A stretch of 25,268 bases of DNA from an uncultured Nitrospiraceae bacterium (GCA_947085205.1 CAMTVO010000027.1:1-25268); one strand, 5' to 3'; shown: positions 9,260 to 17,160, numbered from the stretch's first letter. Numbers and translations are program-made. Notes: a model not told the origin generated them from the sequence alone.

Positions 9260-10591
9260 ATGCAGCCAGTTGATTACATTATCTGCGGTGATTATGTTCT
9301 TACTATGAACGAGAAAATGGATTTAATTCAAAATGGTGCAGTGGCGGTTAAGGATAAAAAGATAGTTGATGTTGATACTGCAGATAGTATTTTAAAAAGA
9401 TATTTTTCTGAAAAGCTTATTGAAGGAAAGGGCAGGGTGGTATTGCCCGGACTTATAAATACACACACACATGCTGCAATGGTCTATTTCAGGGGGCTTG
9501 CAGACGATATTCCACTGAAGGATTGGCTCGAAAAATATATCTGGCCTGCAGAGAATAAGTGGCTCGGTCCTGAGTTTGTCTCTGATGCCGTGGAACTCGC
9601 CTGTCTTGAGATGTTAAAGGGAGGAGTCGCTACATACAATGACATGTATTTCTTTGGAGACAGCGCTGCAAAGGCTACAAAGGAAATGGGGATGCGTGCA
9701 GTTCTCGGAGCCGGAATTCTCGATTTTCCTACTGCTACGGCAAAAACACCGGATGAATATTTTGAAAATGCTGAAAGGTTTGCAAACAACTGGAAGGGAG
9801 ACGAATTAATAGCTCCCTGTATCGCACCCCACGCCACATACACATGCAGCTCCGAGACATTTAAAAAATCTAAGATATTGGCTGAAAAATTTGATGTGCC
9901 TCTGCATATTCACCTCTCCGAGACTGAATGGGAGGTTAATGAAATTATATCCCGATATGGCAAAAGACCTGTTGCGCATCTCGAATCCATTGGCTTTCTT
10001 GATGAAAGGGTTCTCGCTGCCCACTGTGTGTGGCTCGATAACGTGGATATTGAACTGCTTGCAAAGAGAAGATGCGGCGTTTCACATTGCATTGAAAGCA
10101 ATCTTAAGCTTGCATCAGGGATAGCTCGTGTTCCTGATATGCTCAAGGCAGGAGTAAAGGTAACATTCGGCACTGACGGCGCTGCAAGCAATAATGATTT
10201 AAGCATATTAAGCGAGATGTCCACTGCTGCAAAGATTCATAAGACAATGGCAAATGACCCCACTATTCTTGATTCAAAGACAGCCCTTCTTATGGCAACA
10301 AGATGGGGCGCAGAGGTTTTAGGTCTTGGCAATAAGATCGGAAGCATTGAGAAGGATAAATTTGCGGATATCATAACGATTAATCTCAAAAAGCCTCATC
10401 TTACTCCAATATACGATGTTTATTCCCACATTGTTTATGCAGCAATGGCGTCCGATGTGGAAACGGTTATGGTAAATGGAAATCTGGTTGTTAATGACGG
10501 ACGACTCATTACTGGCAATGAAGATGACATATTGCAGAAGGCATCGGAATGGGGAGAGAAGATAGCCATGTATAATTCTAAAAGAAGTTAA
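9260..10591 (+). CDS. mtaD: Amidohydrolase, 5'-methylthioadenosine/S-adenosylhomocysteine deaminase-like
   Basis: PGLINTHTH (HxH), APHA, HIHLSET, AAHCV, GTDGAASNN. Strong GGAGG SD. Confidence 0.8.
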   Translation: MQPVDYIICGDYVLTMNEKMDLIQNGAVAVKDKKIVDVDTADSILKRYFSEKLIEGKGRVVLPGLINTHTHAAMVYFRGLADDIPLKDWLEKYIWPAENKWLGPEFVSDAVELACLEMLKGGVATYNDMYFFGDSAAKATKEMGMRAVLGAGILDFPTATAKTPDEYFENAERFANNWKGDELIAPCIAPHATYTCSSETFKKSKILAEKFDVPLHIHLSETEWEVNEIISRYGKRPVAHLESIGFLDERVLAAHCVWLDNVDIELLAKRRCGVSHCIESNLKLASGIARVPDMLKAGVKVTFGTDGAASNNDLSILSEMSTAAKIHKTMANDPTILDSKTALLMATRWGAEVLGLGNKIGSIEKDKFADIITINLKKPHLTPIYDVYSHIVYAAMASDVETVMVNGNLVVNDGRLITGNEDDILQKASEWGEKIAMYNSKRS

Positions 10592-10621
10592 GAAGTTGAG
10601 AAAAGCTTCTGTCTTTGTGTG

Positions 10622-11155
10622 TTACCAGTACCGTATCCTTCCTGTGTCTATATGCACAAATTCCGGATAATGCCCTACTCCGCCAACACCAAAGGATTTG
10701 GCAACGCGGAAGAGTTCATAATTGCTCACCCCGGGTATCGCGAAGTCTATGGCAAGACCATACAAATGGAGGCTGTTTTTGCTGACCCTCCTTCCAAGAC
10801 TTCTAAGATATTCATTATAGGCAGGTGAGCGATATCCTGAGATTATCTGCACCTGTTTATCATTTCCGAAGATGTCTTTTATGTCACATAAGAGGTCTAA
10901 AACCTTGACATTTATAGGCTTGACCTCATTTGTATAATGATCTCTTAACAAATAATTTAGCTCATTTATGGCATCATGGTCATAGGCACCTGATTCATAA
11001 TATTTAATATTAATGCTCTCTCCCGTATGGATATTGTACATACTTAAGATTTTTTCAGTTTTTAGGTCGGTCTTTTGTGATGCCAAGGCATTCTTAAATG
11101 GATGAACTGCTATGCCTGCAGCTACAGCCTTTAAAAAACTTCTTCTTGAAATCAT
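10622..11155 (-). CDS. mepK: YcbK/MepK-family (DUF882, peptidase M15) murein endopeptidase with Tat-like signal
   Basis: Start reassigned to ATG 11155 (MISRRSFLK twin-arginine motif, AGAGGA SD, ATGA overlap with the upstream gene). Motifs ISGYRSP, SLHLYGLAID, FVHIDTG. Confidence 0.85.
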   Translation of the reverse strand: MISRRSFLKAVAAGIAVHPFKNALASQKTDLKTEKILSMYNIHTGESINIKYYESGAYDHDAINELNYLLRDHYTNEVKPINVKVLDLLCDIKDIFGNDKQVQIISGYRSPAYNEYLRSLGRRVSKNSLHLYGLAIDFAIPGVSNYELFRVAKSFGVGGVGHYPEFVHIDTGRIRYW

Positions 11156-12024
11156 AATGTAATATCCTCTGCGATACCTGATTTTTCTTTGATTATTGCA
11201 TCTACCTTCTGCCAATCTATTTTATCTGCAACTCCTTTTTTGTCTATGAGCCTTTTTGCTTCATCGCCCAAGTCTTTAACCCTTCCGTAAATATCTTTGT
11301 GAACCTCGAGAAATACCCTTCCATCATCTGAGACCGCAACCTTGGCAGGGTTATATATTAACTCTCCATCGGTGTTTATCTCAACCTCCTTGAAGAGTTT
11401 TTCCATATCTTCAGGCAGGACTCTTATGCATCCATGACTCCTGAATTGATAAACAGATGTTGGCCAGATTGTCTCATGGATAACAACCCCCGGAATTGAA
11501 GTGTCTATCGCATATCTTCCCAGAGGGTTATCAGGACCTGGCGGTACAACAGTCTTCACAGGCTTGCCTTCCAGCTCCATCTTCCACTGCATGGATTCAG
11601 GGACATGCCATGTGGGATTTTTTCGCTTGCCTATAATCCTGAAATGTCCGGTTGGTGTCCTCCACCGAGTCATTCCTCTCCATGAAGGCATTCCGAGCCC
11701 TACTGGAAAGGCTGTATAAAGGCTGCCGTTTTTAAAGAAATAAAGCATCTTGTCAGGGATGTTGATTGTTATGCTGTTATCCACAATCTTTGGGACTATT
11801 TTCCTTGTGTTTACCCTGAGTTCCTGACCTGTTCTGAGGATTTTCTTGACATCGATATTGTTGTCTCTGATTATGTTTTTCTTATCGACTCCGAGCTTTG
11901 CGCTGATAAGCTCAAGGTTGTCGCCTTTGACGACATGATAAACGACCTCTCCGCCGATAATCATATCAGCTGCCGAAATATCGGGCATCATGATTAATAG
12001 AAAAAGCAAGAAAAAATTCTTCAT
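11152..12024 (-). CDS. LysM-containing L,D-transpeptidase (ErfK/YbiS/YcfS/YnhG family)
   Basis: Signal peptide, LysM (YHVVKGDNLELIS), PGPDNPLG, IHET...SHGCIR catalytic His/Cys. Confidence 0.92.
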   Translation of the reverse strand: MKNFFLLFLLIMMPDISAADMIIGGEVVYHVVKGDNLELISAKLGVDKKNIIRDNNIDVKKILRTGQELRVNTRKIVPKIVDNSITINIPDKMLYFFKNGSLYTAFPVGLGMPSWRGMTRWRTPTGHFRIIGKRKNPTWHVPESMQWKMELEGKPVKTVVPPGPDNPLGRYAIDTSIPGVVIHETIWPTSVYQFRSHGCIRVLPEDMEKLFKEVEINTDGELIYNPAKVAVSDDGRVFLEVHKDIYGRVKDLGDEAKRLIDKKGVADKIDWQKVDAIIKEKSGIAEDITL

Positions 12025-12036
12025 ATGTTTTCTGAA

Positions 12037-12065
12037 AATATAACAATCTGCTTTTTTATTGTCAA
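12037..12065 (-). promoter_or_regulatory. Sigma70 promoter of the L,D-transpeptidase-mepK operon
   Basis: Minus strand TTGACA (12065-12060), N17, TATATT (12042-12037) with TGn extended -10. Confidence 0.65.
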
Positions 12066-12122
12066 ATTTAACTGTATATGCCTTCTGGTTTATGATAATA
12101 TTTTTGCAGCAGGAAAGTAGCT

Positions 12123-12351
12123 ATGAATAACAGCAATATCCTCATAAAAGCGGGCAAGATCCTCATCTACAGGCTCTATGATGTAGCCTATGAGATCGAT
12201 CTCCTTAAAGTAGAAGAGCAGCTCAAAAGGGAGGCGAGGAGGCTCAGGTGGTCGGGGAGATTGCCAATAAACGTATTGAACTGCTGGAACTTGCAATAGT
12301 AATATTAATAATGCTTGATATTATTATTTATTTTTTTGAAAAGCAAAATAA
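12123..12351 (+). pseudogene. Internally deleted remnant of an RMD1/DUF155-like membrane-anchored protein
   Basis: Frame 3: MNNSNILIKAGKILIYRLYDVAYEIDLLKVEEQLKREARRLR. Then frame 2: VVGEIANKRIELLELAIVILIMLDIIIYFFEKQ, matching the 'LE.xIVILI..EI' C-terminal TM pattern of this family. The family call is from memory of the motifs. Confidence 0.6.
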
Positions 12352-12365
12352 ATATGGAGGAATAA

Positions 12366-13991
12366 ATGGCTCAACAATTTAAAGATGCTGCGTCATGCTG
12401 GAAGGCAATAATGTCTGATGATTCAAAGGGCAAGGAGCTCTTGCCTGTTATAGAGAAGTTTGCAAGGGAAAATACATCGCCTTCGAAGGTAGTCTTCGGG
12501 ACATCAGGATGGCGCGGCGAGATCGGCACTGACTTTACATTCAATAACGTGCGTGTGGTTACATCAGCAATTATAGAGGCATTTAAAGGTAATGATAAGT
12601 CCTTCATGGAGGCAATGGGCGTATCGGACTTTGAGGATATAAAAAGGCGCGGTGTAATTGTGGGCCACGACAACAGGTTTCTTGGCCCTGATTTTGCCAT
12701 GGAGGTTATAGGTCTTCTCCAAAAGGAAGGGATAAAGACATGGTATGCTGGTGAGACAATAACACCGGAATTTTCAGCAGGCATTGAGATGCTGAATGCT
12801 GCATGTTCTATTAATCTTACGCCATCACATAATCCTGCAAATTACTCAGGCTTCAAGTTCAATCCCTCTGACGGCGGGCCCGCTGGAACAGAGATCACAT
12901 CAAAGATAGAAGAGACAGCAAACAGGATGATGGAGAAATCCCCTGTGCTTTTGCCTGTAAAGCCCACAAACATAGAGAAAATTGATTTAACCGGACTTTA
13001 CATTAAATACATAACGGAAAGAAAGACGCTTGATATAGAGAGAATCCGCAATTTTGTGAATAAAGAGGATTGCATTATCTGTGTTGATAATGTGCATGGT
13101 GCGACAAGGGGTCGCATTCAGAGGATTTTAGGTGAAAGCCCTAAAATCAAATATTTGCGGATAGAGGATGACTACCTTTTCGGCGGCGTAGCTCCCGAAC
13201 CTTCTGAAAAGAATATGGAAGGCGTAGAGAAAGTCCTGAAAGGTAGTAATGCAAAATTCAGGCTCGGCGCTATCATGGACCCCGACGGCGACCGTATAAG
13301 ATATGCAGATTGCGTTATGCAGATACCAATGAACTATTTCGGTGCAATGGCGCTGCATTTTCTACATGTGCATAAGAAAAATTCCGGCGTTGTAGCAAAA
13401 TCAGTAGGTACAAGTAATTTCGCAAATGCCATAGCAGAGAAATTAGGAATTCCTGTTAAGGAGACAAAAGTTGGATTCAAGAACTTTAGGCCTTACATGC
13501 TGAAGACATCGAAAGAAAGAGCGATAGTAGCCTTTGAAGAGTCTGACGGCATTTCAGGCTATAATCATACCCTTGAAAAGGATGCATTATTCGGCCTGCT
13601 TATGGCGATAGAGATGATGGCTGTTACACGCAAGAATCTGAGCGAATATCTTAAGGATATTATGGATGAATTTGGCTCTTATTATCCCGACCGTTCGGGG
13701 ATTGGCGTTGACCCTTCCCTTATTGGAGAGCCGCTTGCAAAGAAACTTTCATCAATCAAGGAACATTACAAAGCAGGGACAGTAATCGATATAGGCGGAA
13801 AAGACAGGACAGTTAAAAATGTGATAACGGTTGACGGCACAAAGATTGTGTTTGATGACGGCTCATGGCTTATGATAAGGCCTTCTGGTACAGAGCCGAA
13901 GGTAAGGTTTTATATAGAGGCAAGGACAGAAGAGGGCAAGAAGGCTGTATTCGAAACAGCGGAAAGGATAACAAAAGAGGCTCTTAAATAG
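12366..13991 (+). CDS. Phosphoglucomutase/phosphomannomutase (alpha-D-phosphohexomutase)
   Basis: FGTSGWRG, TPSHNP (phospho-Ser), DPDGDR (metal binding), FEESDG, RPSGTEPK. Confidence 0.93.
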   Translation: MAQQFKDAASCWKAIMSDDSKGKELLPVIEKFARENTSPSKVVFGTSGWRGEIGTDFTFNNVRVVTSAIIEAFKGNDKSFMEAMGVSDFEDIKRRGVIVGHDNRFLGPDFAMEVIGLLQKEGIKTWYAGETITPEFSAGIEMLNAACSINLTPSHNPANYSGFKFNPSDGGPAGTEITSKIEETANRMMEKSPVLLPVKPTNIEKIDLTGLYIKYITERKTLDIERIRNFVNKEDCIICVDNVHGATRGRIQRILGESPKIKYLRIEDDYLFGGVAPEPSEKNMEGVEKVLKGSNAKFRLGAIMDPDGDRIRYADCVMQIPMNYFGAMALHFLHVHKKNSGVVAKSVGTSNFANAIAEKLGIPVKETKVGFKNFRPYMLKTSKERAIVAFEESDGISGYNHTLEKDALFGLLMAIEMMAVTRKNLSEYLKDIMDEFGSYYPDRSGIGVDPSLIGEPLAKKLSSIKEHYKAGTVIDIGGKDRTVKNVITVDGTKIVFDDGSWLMIRPSGTEPKVRFYIEARTEEGKKAVFETAERITKEALK

Positions 13992-13993
13992 GG

Positions 13994-14587
13994 CTACATC
14001 TCCCTTCTTCCTTCGAGGGCTTTTGATAATGTGACCTCATCGGCAAATTCGATGTCGCTTCCGATGGGCAGGCCGTAGGCGATTCTTGTAATCCTTACAT
14101 TTAAAGGCTTTATAATCTCTGTGATATATTTGGCTGTTATCTCGCCTTTTGTATTCGGATTTGTTGCCAAGATTATTTCTTTTACGCTGTCCGATTCTAT
14201 CCGTTTTACGAGTTCGCGTATCTTTAATTTATCAGGTGTGATGTCATCAAGCGGAGAAAGGGCGCCTAACAGCACATGGTATGTTCCGTCAAAGCTCCTT
14301 GTCCTTTCTATTGCAATGATATTGCTTGGTTCTTCAACAACGCATATTCTGCTTTTGTCCCTCAACGGGTCGCTGCATATATTACATGGGTCGGTGTCTG
14401 TAATGTTAAAGCATTCAGAGCAGAATCTTGCCTTATCTTTAACATCGACGATTGCAGATGCTATGTCTTTCGCATCGGCAGGCGGCATTGTCAGTATAAA
14501 AAAGGCGAGTCTCTGGGCGCTTTTCCTTCCAATGCCCGGCAGTTTCGTTAGCTGATTTATGAGGTTTTCGATTATGCCCTGTGTCAT
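13994..14587 (-). CDS. recR: Recombination mediator RecR
   Basis: LPGIGRKSAQRLA HhH, C4 zinc finger, Toprim domain (ILATNP, RIAYGLPIG). Confidence 0.97.
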   Translation of the reverse strand: MTQGIIENLINQLTKLPGIGRKSAQRLAFFILTMPPADAKDIASAIVDVKDKARFCSECFNITDTDPCNICSDPLRDKSRICVVEEPSNIIAIERTRSFDGTYHVLLGALSPLDDITPDKLKIRELVKRIESDSVKEIILATNPNTKGEITAKYITEIIKPLNVRITRIAYGLPIGSDIEFADEVTLSKALEGRREM

Positions 14588-14593
14588 AGCAAT

Positions 14594-14692
14594 AATTATG
14601 AATTTAAAATTATGAATTACGAATCGAGGAAGTTATTAATTGTATAAAACCAAATTCCTTAATTGTTAATTCATAATTCCTAATTTGCAATT
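14594..14692. repeat. Inverted pair of heptamer tandem arrays, unit AATTATG/CATAATT
   Basis: Left AATTATG AATTTAA AATTATG AATTACG (14594-14621); right CTTAATT GTTAATT CATAATT CCTAATT TGCAATT (14658-14692). Confidence 0.75.
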
Positions 14693-15030
14693 TATTTTAA
14701 AAGATTACCAAGTCCGCCTATTCCCGGTATTTGCATGCCCATTGTGAGCTTTGACATCTCTTCATTGACCATTTGTTGAGCCCTTCTTAATGCCTCGTTT
14801 GAGGCAGCGAGTATCAAGTCTTGAAGCATCTCCACGTCATCCGGGTTTACAACATCTTTTTCTATTTTTATGGAGACCAACTCTCCACCGCCGTTGGCAA
14901 CGACAGCGACCATTCCTCCGCCTGCGGTTGCCTCTACTGTCTTTTTCTTCGCATCTTCCTGCATCCTCTGCATTTCGTCCTGAAGCTTCTGTGCCTGACG
15001 CATTATGTCTCCAAGCATCTTCTTAGACAT
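14692..15030 (-). CDS. ybaB: YbaB/EbfC nucleoid-associated protein
   Basis: AGGGMV, DDVEMLQDLILAA. Lies between dnaX and recR. AGGAGG SD. Confidence 0.95.
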   Translation of the reverse strand: MSKKMLGDIMRQAQKLQDEMQRMQEDAKKKTVEATAGGGMVAVVANGGGELVSIKIEKDVVNPDDVEMLQDLILAASNEALRRAQQMVNEEMSKLTMGMQIPGIGGLGNLLK

Positions 15031-15047
15031 GGTCTCCTCCTTATTAA

Positions 15048-16685
15048 TTAAGTCTCATCCTTATCGTTAGCGTTTATCGGTATTACATCTACTATTCTTC
15101 CCTCAAATAATTCAAGGGCTTCTTTGACTATGGGATTGTTCAATGCTTTTTCCTTCAGGTCTTTTTTTGTAACGGATTTTACTTTTAACGTCTCTATATT
15201 AATGGGAATATCATGCCCTGAAATTTCTTTGATTATTTTTTTTATAATAGGGATATTCTCTTTGACGGATTCTACGTGTACCGACAACCCACCGTTGAAG
15301 ACTATCTTGATATTGTCATCTTCGAAGGAGGTATTGCCCTCACTCAGTTTGCTGTATAGGGGATGATTTGTTTCGTCCACTTTTTCGAGGACTGCATTCC
15401 ATATATCGGAAAGGGAAGCATGATGGAGTGATGGAGTGATGGAGTGATGGACTGTCGGACTGGTATCCTCTGACTGCCGGCTATTTATCTTTTCACAAGC
15501 CGGTGAATGTTTTGTTGACTGCTGACTGCTGACTGCTGACTCATGGCTTTTGTCTCCTACCCCATGAATTATTTTCAGTGCTTCATTCACCGACTTAAGA
15601 TGGCTCAGCAGGCTTAATTTAATAAGGGTCATCTCAAGGGCGATTCTCGGAAAAAATGCGCTTCTAATAGCAGGCTCTGCCTTTATAAGCTCTGAAAGAA
15701 CAAGTGCCGTGTGCTCTTCTGTGGTTTTTTCTTTTAGGGCATTTATTGCGCTCAGTTCCTCTTCGCTTAAATCAATAATGTCCTCTGTTTCACCGACTAT
15801 TGTTGCTATTAAGAGATTTCTTATGAACTGCAGAAGGTCTTTTGTGAGTGCCTTCAGATCTGTTCCGGTGTTGGTAAGCTCTGATATTAAATTTATTATG
15901 CCCTTTCCATCACCATCGATTATGGCTGATGTAAGCCTTGAAAGGGTTTCGATGTCTGTAAGTCCGAGAAGGTCTTTAATCTCCGATGCTGTTATGTCTT
16001 CCGAGAAAGATGCTATCTGGTCCAGAATGGTTAAGGAGTCCCTCATGCTTCCGTCGGCAGCCCTTGCGATCATCTCAAGGGCTGAATCAGTAGCATTTAT
16101 TCCGTCTGTATTGGAGATGAATTTCAGCCTCTCTTTAATTTTCTGCCCTGATATCCGCCTGAATGGTAAATGCTGACAGCGGGAAAGAACAGTAGGAGGA
16201 ATTTTTTTCGGTTCTGTAGTTGCGAGTACAAATATTACATGCGGCGGAGGCTCTTCAAGTGTTTTGAGAAGCGCATTAAAGGCCGATGTGGAAAGCATAT
16301 GCGCTTCGTCAATTATATAGACCTTGTATCTGCCGCCTGACGGCGCATACCTTACCCTTTCCCTGAGGTCCCGGATGTTGTCTACGCCTGTATTGGAGGC
16401 TCCGTCGATTTCAGATACATCCATGGATGAGCCGTCAGATATTTCAACGCAGGAGTGGCATTTGCCGCATGGGTCGGGTGTCGAACCGTTCACACAGTTT
16501 AATGCCTTTGCGAGTATTCTTGCTGTCGTAGTTTTGCCAACACCCCTTGGGCCTGAGAATATATAGGCATGGGCTACTTTATTTTGAGTAATAGCATTTT
16601 TTAGAATGCGCGAAATCGGCTCCTGCCCTACCAAATCCTCAAATGTCTGCGGTCTCCATTTTCTTGCTAAAACTAAATAGCTCAT
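15048..16685 (-). CDS. dnaX: DNA polymerase III subunit gamma/tau
   Basis: ARKWRPQ, GPRGVGKTT Walker A, Zn-binding Cys residues, EIDGASN, IIDEAH, SRC motif. Confidence 0.97.
   Translation of the reverse strand: MSYLVLARKWRPQTFEDLVGQEPISRILKNAITQNKVAHAYIFSGPRGVGKTTTARILAKALNCVNGSTPDPCGKCHSCVEISDGSSMDVSEIDGASNTGVDNIRDLRERVRYAPSGGRYKVYIIDEAHMLSTSAFNALLKTLEEPPPHVIFVLATTEPKKIPPTVLSRCQHLPFRRISGQKIKERLKFISNTDGINATDSALEMIARAADGSMRDSLTILDQIASFSEDITASEIKDLLGLTDIETLSRLTSAIIDGDGKGIINLISELTNTGTDLKALTKDLLQFIRNLLIATIVGETEDIIDLSEEELSAINALKEKTTEEHTALVLSELIKAEPAIRSAFFPRIALEMTLIKLSLLSHLKSVNEALKIIHGVGDKSHESAVSSQQSTKHSPACEKINSRQSEDTSPTVHHSITPSLHHASLSDIWNAVLEKVDETNHPLYSKLSEGNTSFEDDNIKIVFNGGLSVHVESVKENIPIIKKIIKEISGHDIPINIETLKVKSVTKKDLKEKALNNPIVKEALELFEGRIVDVIPINANDKDET
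15421..15548. repeat. 8-mer and 7-mer tandem arrays within the dnaX linker
   Basis: TGATGGAG x3 + TGATGGAC (15421-15452); TGACTGC x3 + TGACTCA (15516-15543); a further TGACTGC at 15471. Confidence 0.85.
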
Positions 16686-16770
16686 AGTTCATCGCTCATA
16701 AGTTCATAGTTTTTATAACTCACAACTCATAGTTCATAGCTTGTTAGCTATGAGCCATGAGCTATGAACT
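16677..16770. repeat. Inverted pair of heptamer tandem arrays, unit ATAGCTC/GCTATGA, overlapping the dnaX start
   Basis: About 9 degenerate ATAG(C/T)TC-type units (16677-16740), 6-nt loop, then GCTATGA GCCATGA GCTATGA ACT (16747-16770). Confidence 0.85.
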
Positions 16771-16782
16771 GTTTTTCTACAC

Positions 16783-16898
16783 CCGGGGGCCGGCTTACGG
16801 GACCGGCTTGCTGCGGCACCCAGACAAAATGCTTACCGTTGCTTCCTTCCGGACCTGGCGGGGTTCACACCAGCCTGCTGCGCAGGGCCAGCCCCCGG
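16783..16898 (-). ncRNA. ffs: Signal recognition particle RNA (small/4.5S type)
   Basis: Minus strand contains GAACCCCGCCAGGTCCGGAAGGAAGCAACGG (helix 8 with GGAA tetraloop), closed by a CCGGGGGCTGGC/GCCGGCCCCCGG stem. Conserved position upstream of dnaX. Ends approximate. Confidence 0.92.
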
Positions 16899-16909
16899 CT
16901 GTAGAAAAC

Positions 16910-16987
16910 CGTAATCCGTAATGCGTAATCAGTAATGAGTTGATTGTTTATTTTTCGTCTTTCGCACATTACGCATCACGCATTACG
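16910..16987. repeat. Inverted pair of heptamer tandem arrays, unit CGTAATG/CATTACG
   Basis: Left CGTAATC CGTAATG CGTAATC AGTAATG (16910-16937); right CATTACG CATCACG CATTACG (16967-16987). Confidence 0.85.
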
Positions 16988-16997
16988 CTTAACTAAT

Positions 16998-17089
<92 letters not shown>

Positions 17090-17160
17090 AGAAAATTTTA
17101 TAACTGTTTAGGTTAATGCAAAGAAGCAGTTAAAATCAACTAACTATAAAAACACAAAGT

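Noticed and set aside
11156..11215. Longer N-terminus for the YcbK/MepK ORF as given in the track
   Set aside because: It overlaps the upstream gene by more than 60 nt. ATG 11155 has an SD, an ATGA overlap and places the twin-arginine motif at the N-terminus.
15161..15170. AAAAAAAG run in dnaX as a programmed -1 frameshift site
   Set aside because: It lies within about 40 codons of the C-terminus, not after domain III, and I see no stimulatory SD or hairpin; probably just Lys codons.
16677..16990. CRISPR array suggested by clustered repeats
   Set aside because: Units are 7 bp and contiguous, without unique spacers, and no cas genes are present.
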